This document shows positions 30,572 to 36,035 of a DNA stretch of 36,035 bases, in pieces. Source of the DNA: Candidatus Moduliflexus flocculans (GTDB lineage Bacteria > Moduliflexota > Moduliflexia > Moduliflexales > Moduliflexaceae); NCBI GenBank assembly GCA_000739515.1, contig DF820457.1, positions 914,080 through 950,114 on the forward strand. The letters run 5' to 3'. Made by a program: the position numbers and the translations under genes. Each line of letters starts with the position of its first letter. Position 1 is the first letter of the stretch. Under the pieces are notes generated by a model, which saw only the letters and a program-made list of their open reading frames with translations, searched no databases and was not told the origin of the DNA.

Positions 30572-30708
30572 CAGGACTTACGCAAAAATGATGAGTTGCC
30601 TGATTTGTTGGGCTGGTCATGGTTCGACTTCGCTCACCATGACTTGCCGGATCGCCCGTCATCCTGAGCGAAGTCGAAGGATGCTCTCAATATTTTGCGT
30701 AAGTCCTG
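30572..30708. mobile_element. 137-bp MITE-like insertion with perfect 16-bp TIRs and a 5-bp target site duplication
   Basis: caggacttacgcaaaa (30572..30587) and ttttgcgtaagtcctg (30693..30708), flanked by cctct at both 30567..30571 and 30709..30713. Internal inverted palindromic units at 30616..30643 and 30657..30683. Confidence 0.88.
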
Positions 30709-30767
30709 CCTCTTATAATACGCCCTTTATCTCCGCGCTTGCTATCAGGAGTGGAGTGTTTGCAATT

Positions 30768-32204
30768 TCATGATGATGAATGCAACCGCCTGCGAGAATG
30801 GGCGGCAATGGTCGTCATCGCCGCAATCACCGTAAACAGGCAGGCATTCGAAGGAATCTGCAAATTAAAATCCATCGCGCTATGAATCAGCAGGCTGCAT
30901 AACGCGCTGAATCCGCCTGCCGTCAGGATAATCGCCCAGCGTGACTGCTGTCGCTTCCAGGCGCTCCAGGTTGAACGAACGTACAAAAGAATGATGCTGA
31001 GCACTAGGATCATGCCGAATATGCCAGTTTCCGACAGCGTTTGCAGGTAATCATTTTCAGCGTATTCGACGGTCAACTCCGAGGGAATTCGCTGATACAT
31101 CGGTTGAATATGCGCAAATGTCCCGAATCCGGAGCCGAACGCCGGAAAATGGCGCGTGATTGTCAAGGCGTCACTCCAGTAATTCAGCCTGAGTTGAAGG
31201 GAGGTATCGGCGTCAAGGTTTTGAAGGGTTTGCAGACGCTTGATCAATGCGTCATGCCCGAGTGTGAATGCGATGACGCCTGCAAACAGGAATAGACATA
31301 ACACAACAAATGTTTTTTTTCGCAAATGCCTCTGCTGAAACGAAATCAGCAGCAGACAGGCCATTCCGCCTGTAAAACTGATGATGCCGCCACGCGAGCC
31401 GCTTAAGAACAACCCGGCAATCAAAATCAGTAAAATGAAACTCGTCAGCAAGATTTTCATATATTTTTCATCGAATACTCGGATAAACCACTTTGATGAG
31501 GCTTGCGAGCGTTCATTTAATCGCGCAAACAACACGCTGAATGCCAACGGAATCACAAGTTCTAGATACCCGGCGAAATGATTTTTATTCACAAATGTAC
31601 CGGATACCATGAGGCTTGCTGTTTTTTTTATGAAAAAAATCTGATGTCGCCCGGAAAAATATTCCACCATGCCGTACAGCGATTCAAACAGCCCGACCGC
31701 GATAATCAGTAACGCAAGCCGTCGAATTTGCCGGGGCGAACGGATATTATGCACCATCAGCGCAAACACCATGATATAGGCTAATAATTCTCGCCATTCC
31801 GTCATTGTCGCATACGAACAGACGGAGAGCGGCAAAAATGCGGGCAGCGGAACATTGATCGTTGCTGCGGCATCGGCATAAAGGCGATACGTCGCCGGAG
31901 AAAGCCAGCGGATTGCAAGTTGCGGCAATGGCAGGCATTGCAGCAGAATCAGGCCAAGCAGCAAGCCACACGGCAACCAGATCGGCGAAGAAACGACTCG
32001 AACCGCGGACATTTCTTTCGGCAGATCGGGATGATGCCGGTCTTGATGACGATGGGCAAATGCCTTGAACAGCCAGATGACCATCAGCAACGCGATCCAT
32101 AACTCCATGAGCGGCAGCGTGCCTTCCGCCATGCCGCCGAACGCCAGCGGCAAATAGATTAACAACACCGCGATGCCGATTTCAATCAAAATATCATAGA
32201 CCAT
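30768..32204 (-). CDS. O-antigen ligase family (Wzy_C) membrane protein
   Basis: 478 aa polytopic protein. Motifs LLQCLPLP, WLSP, SGTFVNKNHFAGYL, SGSRGG, FGSGFGTF, AENDYLQ and HSAMDFNLQIPSNA. Confidence 0.87.
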   Translation of the reverse strand: MVYDILIEIGIAVLLIYLPLAFGGMAEGTLPLMELWIALLMVIWLFKAFAHRHQDRHHPDLPKEMSAVRVVSSPIWLPCGLLLGLILLQCLPLPQLAIRWLSPATYRLYADAAATINVPLPAFLPLSVCSYATMTEWRELLAYIMVFALMVHNIRSPRQIRRLALLIIAVGLFESLYGMVEYFSGRHQIFFIKKTASLMVSGTFVNKNHFAGYLELVIPLAFSVLFARLNERSQASSKWFIRVFDEKYMKILLTSFILLILIAGLFLSGSRGGIISFTGGMACLLLISFQQRHLRKKTFVVLCLFLFAGVIAFTLGHDALIKRLQTLQNLDADTSLQLRLNYWSDALTITRHFPAFGSGFGTFAHIQPMYQRIPSELTVEYAENDYLQTLSETGIFGMILVLSIILLYVRSTWSAWKRQQSRWAIILTAGGFSALCSLLIHSAMDFNLQIPSNACLFTVIAAMTTIAAHSRRRLHSSS

Positions 32205-32211
32205 GTATCGT

Positions 32212-33882
32212 TTAACTCACATTTTCATGAATCGTATAAAGAAATCGTTTGATTTTGCGGGTCGGCGTTTTTTCGAATTCTTTGGGATAAAGTTCGATTT
32301 TTGAAACGGCGCAGTACGCGGGCAGTCTTTTGTTGAGTTCACGCCGATTCGCTTCCATCCTGTCGGGCAGTTGCGCTTCGCTCACGCCTTTTGCGTCGGC
32401 AGCGTCAAAATCGGGGAACACGAGCGCAAACAGTTTTCCTTGTTTTTCTAAAACGAGCGATTCCTGCACGAACGGCAGATTATTCAGCAGCGCCTCAATC
32501 TCTTCAGGATAGATATTTTGCCCGGACGCGCCGAGAATCATGTTTTTGCTGCGGCCTTTGATGTAAATGAATCCATCTTCGTCAATTGTGCCGATGTCGC
32601 CGGTATTTAACCACTGTTCTCGGACAAATGTGTTGCGCGTCGCGTCCGGGTCTTTGTAATACCCGATCATGACATTTTCGCCCTTGACCAGAATATCTCC
32701 GGCGATCTGGCGAGGGTCTTCGGAATCAATCGTCGCCTCAAGAAAGTTGATCGTTTTGCCGGAGGATTGCGGGCGATGTTGGTTCCAGGGCGCGTAACTG
32801 ATGAGCGGGCCGCATTCCGTCATGCCATAGCCGACGGTCACGCGGAATTTGATCAATTTGAAAAACTGCTCGACTTCTTGATTCAAGGCTGCGCCGCCAA
32901 TCACGATTTCCGTAAAATTGCCGCCGAACGAATCAGTCAATTTACGACAGATTTTCCTCAATAAAATGCCTCGAATGATCGGCAATTTCAATGCGAATTG
33001 GATGATGGGCTTGTTCAAGGCCGGTTTGACCTGCCGATTGTAGATTTTTTCCAGAATCAGCGGCACGGACAGGATCAAGCGCGGGCGAATTTCTCGAAAC
33101 GCCTGTAGCAGCACTTTTGGCGACGGTGTCTTGTTCAGCAGCGTAATATGACATCCGACGCTGAACGGAAAGAGAAATTCGAACGCGCAGCCGTAGCAAT
33201 GGGCTAATGGCAAAAATGATAGGATCGTGTCTCCGGCGACTAACGGCATGTTCTGCTGCGCGAACAGGACATTCGCAATCAGGCTGTTATGCGACAGCAT
33301 GACCCCCTTAGAAAAACCCGTCGTTCCTGACGTATAGACAATGGAAGCCAGCGCGTCATTCTGAATGGCCGGAAGCGCGAATTTGTCTGGCGTTAAGCCG
33401 GGGTTATTCAACGGTGGAAAGGCGGCTTCGGCTTGCCGTAACGTCTGTTCGAAATGTTGCTTTTTCGGATGATACAACACAGAAAAATCGCTCAATGAAA
33501 AGACGCCATGCAGGTGGGGCATTTCTGCGCCTTCCAGGTTTTCATACAGGGTCTCGGCGACAAACAGCAAAATCGCATCCGAATGATTGACAATATGCTG
33601 CACATTTTCCGGGATAAAATCGGGCAGGATCGGCACGATGACCGCGCCGTAGGTGACTGCCGCAAGGTACGAAATCGTCCAATTGGCTGAATTTTTGCCG
33701 AAGAGCGCGATTTTATCCCCTTGCTTGACGTGACTGCGGCGAAAGACTTCATGCAGATAGGCGATACGCCATCCGACCTGCGCGTACGTGAATGTCTCCC
33801 CCTGATAATCTGAAAATGCCGGGAGTTCCCAATGCTCTTTGATACTCTGCTCCAATGTGTGAATCAAACGTTCGGATAACAT
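32212..33882 (-). CDS. fadD: Long-chain fatty acid--CoA ligase (AMP-binding enzyme)
   Basis: 556 aa. Motifs YTSGTTGFSKGVML, LPLAH, GYGMTE, TGDIG, GRSKNMI, NIYPEEIE and KTPTRKIKR. Confidence 0.9.
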   Translation of the reverse strand: MLSERLIHTLEQSIKEHWELPAFSDYQGETFTYAQVGWRIAYLHEVFRRSHVKQGDKIALFGKNSANWTISYLAAVTYGAVIVPILPDFIPENVQHIVNHSDAILLFVAETLYENLEGAEMPHLHGVFSLSDFSVLYHPKKQHFEQTLRQAEAAFPPLNNPGLTPDKFALPAIQNDALASIVYTSGTTGFSKGVMLSHNSLIANVLFAQQNMPLVAGDTILSFLPLAHCYGCAFEFLFPFSVGCHITLLNKTPSPKVLLQAFREIRPRLILSVPLILEKIYNRQVKPALNKPIIQFALKLPIIRGILLRKICRKLTDSFGGNFTEIVIGGAALNQEVEQFFKLIKFRVTVGYGMTECGPLISYAPWNQHRPQSSGKTINFLEATIDSEDPRQIAGDILVKGENVMIGYYKDPDATRNTFVREQWLNTGDIGTIDEDGFIYIKGRSKNMILGASGQNIYPEEIEALLNNLPFVQESLVLEKQGKLFALVFPDFDAADAKGVSEAQLPDRMEANRRELNKRLPAYCAVSKIELYPKEFEKTPTRKIKRFLYTIHENVS

Positions 33883-34108
33883 CCGTTTTCCCCTCCCTGT
33901 GGATTCGAACGCGAATAATAGAAGAGATGGTTTTTAGATATAACATCCTCGAATCCTATGTATGATTAAGATTGTCAAGAGAAACAACCGACTTTTGACT
34001 TGACAGATTTTCCCTGTGTCCTGATAAGTGCGTTAGCCTGAACAAAGGCGATTGTCGTCACCATATACAAGAGATTATCAATATGCAAGAAAATAGTGCG
34101 AGGGGATT

Positions 34109-35050
34109 ATGAGCAAAATAGCATTTCTCTTTCCTGGGCAGGGTTCTCAGGCCGTTGGCATGGGAAAAGACCTGAGAGATACGTTTCCGACGGCCAACGC
34201 CATTTTTCAGGAAGCGAATGACGCCCTCGGTTTCGACCTCTCTAAATTATGTTTTGAAGGCCCTGAAGATGAGTTGAAACTCACCACCAATACGCAGCCG
34301 GCGATTTTAACAACGAGCATTGCCGCATTGCGTGTGTTTCAAGAGCAGATCGACCTTGATGTGGCGTTTGTCGCCGGGCATAGCCTGGGCGAATATTCGG
34401 CGCTCGTCTGCGCTGGCGCGCTCAGTTTCGCCGACGCCGTCCAGACAGTGCGCAAACGCGGACAGTTCATGCAAGAAGCTGTGCCGGTCGGCGTCGGGAC
34501 GATGGCGGCGATTATGAACCTTGAACAGGCCAAAATCGAGGAACTCTGCCAGCAAGTCAGCAAACCAGACAATGTCGTGATGTTAGCGAATCTGAATTCC
34601 CCCGATCAATACGTCATTTCCGGCCATGTTGACGCGGTCAATCAGGTGGTGGAACTGGCGAAAGCGGCGGGAGCGAAACGCGCCATGCTGCTGCCGGTCA
34701 GCGCCCCATTCCATTCTTCGCTGATGAAGCCGGCGGCGGAACGGTTAGCGGAAGTTTTGCGCGGCATCGCCTTCAATGATTTGAATATTCCGTTAATTAA
34801 TAACGCGGAAACCGATATGTTGAAGAGCGGCATGGCTGCGCGAGAGTCGTTAATTCGCCAGATGTATAAGTCCGTGCAGTGGGAAACCTCGATGCGGAAA
34901 CTCATCGAACAGGGCGTCACCACGTTTGTCGAGATCGGGCCGGGCAAAGTCCTGACCGGTTTGCTGAAACGCATTGAAAAAACCGCAACCGGTTTGAACG
35001 TGTCGGATGTGAAAAGCATCGAAAGCGTCGTTCAAACGCTGAAGGGATAA
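34109..35050 (+). CDS. fabD: Malonyl-CoA:ACP transacylase
   Basis: 313 aa. Motifs FPGQGSQ, TQPAI, GHSLGEY, VSAPFHS and EIGPGKVL. Confidence 0.97.
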   Translation: MSKIAFLFPGQGSQAVGMGKDLRDTFPTANAIFQEANDALGFDLSKLCFEGPEDELKLTTNTQPAILTTSIAALRVFQEQIDLDVAFVAGHSLGEYSALVCAGALSFADAVQTVRKRGQFMQEAVPVGVGTMAAIMNLEQAKIEELCQQVSKPDNVVMLANLNSPDQYVISGHVDAVNQVVELAKAAGAKRAMLLPVSAPFHSSLMKPAAERLAEVLRGIAFNDLNIPLINNAETDMLKSGMAARESLIRQMYKSVQWETSMRKLIEQGVTTFVEIGPGKVLTGLLKRIEKTATGLNVSDVKSIESVVQTLKG

Positions 35051-35054
35051 AGCG

Positions 35055-35804
35055 ATGAAGCAAGAACTCGAAGGGAAAATTGCGATTGTGACCGGCGCGA
35101 GTCGGGGAATCGGACGGGCGATTGCGTTGAATCTCGCCGCCGCTGGCGCGAATATCGTCGCCGTGTATCAGCAGAACAAGACGATGGTGGATGAGTTGGC
35201 GCAGGAGATCGAGCCGTTAGGCCGTGTCTGCCTCGCCGTGAAAGCCGATGTCGCTGTTGAAGACGAGGTGAATGCGCTGGTAGATCAGACCATGAGCCAG
35301 TTTGGTCGCGTGGATATTCTGATCAATAATGCTGGCATCACCAAAGATGGCCTGATTATGCGCATGAAAAGCGAGGATTGGCACAACGTGCTGAATGTCA
35401 ATCTCTCTGGCATGTTTTACGCCACAAAAGCCGTGACGAAACCGATGTTCAAGCAACGTTCCGGGAAAATCGTCTTTGTCACGTCCATCATCGGCACGAT
35501 TGGCAACGCCGGACAATCCAATTACTCCGCGGCGAAAGCAGGCGTGATCGGCTTTATGAAATCAGCGGCCAAAGAATTCGCCAGCCGGGGGATTCAGGTG
35601 AACGCCGTCGCGCCGGGTTTTATTGATACTGATATGACGAAAAAGCTGCCGGACGACGTGAAAACGGCATACATGGAGCAGATTCCGCTCAAACGATTTG
35701 GTCGCGTGGAAGATGTCGCCGAAGTCGTGCGTTTTCTGTCTTCGGAAAAAGCCGATTACATCACCGGTCAGGTCATTCACGTCAACGGCGGATTGTATAT
35801 GTAA
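35055..35804 (+). CDS. fabG: 3-oxoacyl-ACP reductase
   Basis: 249 aa. Motifs TGASRGIG, NNAGITKD, GNAGQSNYSAAKAG, PGFIDTDMT and VNGGLYM. Directly follows fabD. Confidence 0.97.
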   Translation: MKQELEGKIAIVTGASRGIGRAIALNLAAAGANIVAVYQQNKTMVDELAQEIEPLGRVCLAVKADVAVEDEVNALVDQTMSQFGRVDILINNAGITKDGLIMRMKSEDWHNVLNVNLSGMFYATKAVTKPMFKQRSGKIVFVTSIIGTIGNAGQSNYSAAKAGVIGFMKSAAKEFASRGIQVNAVAPGFIDTDMTKKLPDDVKTAYMEQIPLKRFGRVEDVAEVVRFLSSEKADYITGQVIHVNGGLYM

Positions 35805-35832
35805 GCGCCCTGAAAAGGCGATAGAGTAGAGA

Positions 35833-35856
35833 CAGAGGTTTCAACCTCTGAAAAAA
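35833..35856. terminator. Stem-loop downstream of fabG
   Basis: cagaggtt-tc-aacctctg followed by aaaaaa. No U-tract follows the stem on either strand, so terminator function is uncertain. Confidence 0.3.
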
Positions 35857-35879
35857 TGAAAGCACATTTCATCTTATTC

Positions 35880-36035
35880 ACTCATGTTACGCAGCCGATT
35901 CGAGACGAATGACCGCACACTCCCCTCCGGGGAGGGGTTGGGGGTGGGTTCTTGACACGAGCAATCACTCACGGACGACCCCACCCCTTGCCCCTCCCAG
36001 GAGGGGAATTGTCGGCGGCGCTGCGTAACATCAGT
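35880..36035. mobile_element. About 156-bp MITE-like element with 16-bp imperfect TIRs; includes the right copy of the 116-bp repeat
   Basis: actcatgttacgcagc (35880..35895) and gctgcgtaacatcagt (36020..36035) are reverse complements at 15 of 16 positions. They enclose the G-rich palindromic doublet. 35920..36035 = 1..116. Confidence 0.75.

Noticed and set aside
30561-30662. N-terminal extension of the methyltransferase ORF (MTGDPASHGERSRT...) and the overlapping ORF 30462..30773
   Set aside because: Both are read-through of the inserted palindromic element. A good RBS precedes ATG 30560.
30572-30708. CRISPR mini-array or integron attC site
   Set aside because: The units are inverted, not direct repeats with spacers. 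No RYYYAAC/GTTRRRY boundaries, and no cas or intI gene.
314-35780. Numerous 60-180 aa ORFs antisense to or nested within the long genes
   Set aside because: Shadow ORFs of well-supported genes, without motifs of their own.
1-36035. Plasmid, prophage or ICE suggested by the terminal direct repeat
   Set aside because: No rep, par, integrase, relaxase or virion genes are recognisable. The cargo is chromosomal in character (fabD, fabG, fadD), and the repeat is itself a MITE-like element.

Overview
A 36 kb bacterial chromosomal segment dominated by a cell-surface polysaccharide/glycan locus (about 2.6-32.2 kb). The locus holds a Wzc-type copolymerase/tyrosine kinase, a WecA/MraY-family initiating transferase, four GT4 glycosyltransferases, an AsnB-type amidotransferase, a MurJ-like flippase, two O-antigen ligase/polymerase-family proteins, five ArnT/PMT-like (GT-C) membrane glycosyltransferases, two SGNH hydrolases, a SAM methyltransferase, a secreted glycoside-hydrolase-like protein and a TPR protein. 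On the left are a sugar-phosphate isomerase/epimerase and a GAF/HD-GYP phosphodiesterase. On the right are a long-chain acyl-CoA ligase and fabD-fabG. The window starts and ends with the same 116 bp (1..116 = 35920..36035), part of a small inverted-repeat-bounded element carrying a G-rich palindromic doublet. A second small element (30572..30708) has perfect 16-bp terminal inverted repeats, a 5-bp target duplication and a different palindromic doublet. The ends of both elements share a TTACGCA core. No transposase, integrase, replication, phage, CRISPR, tRNA or rRNA gene was recognised. All protein calls come from motifs read by eye, not from database searches.
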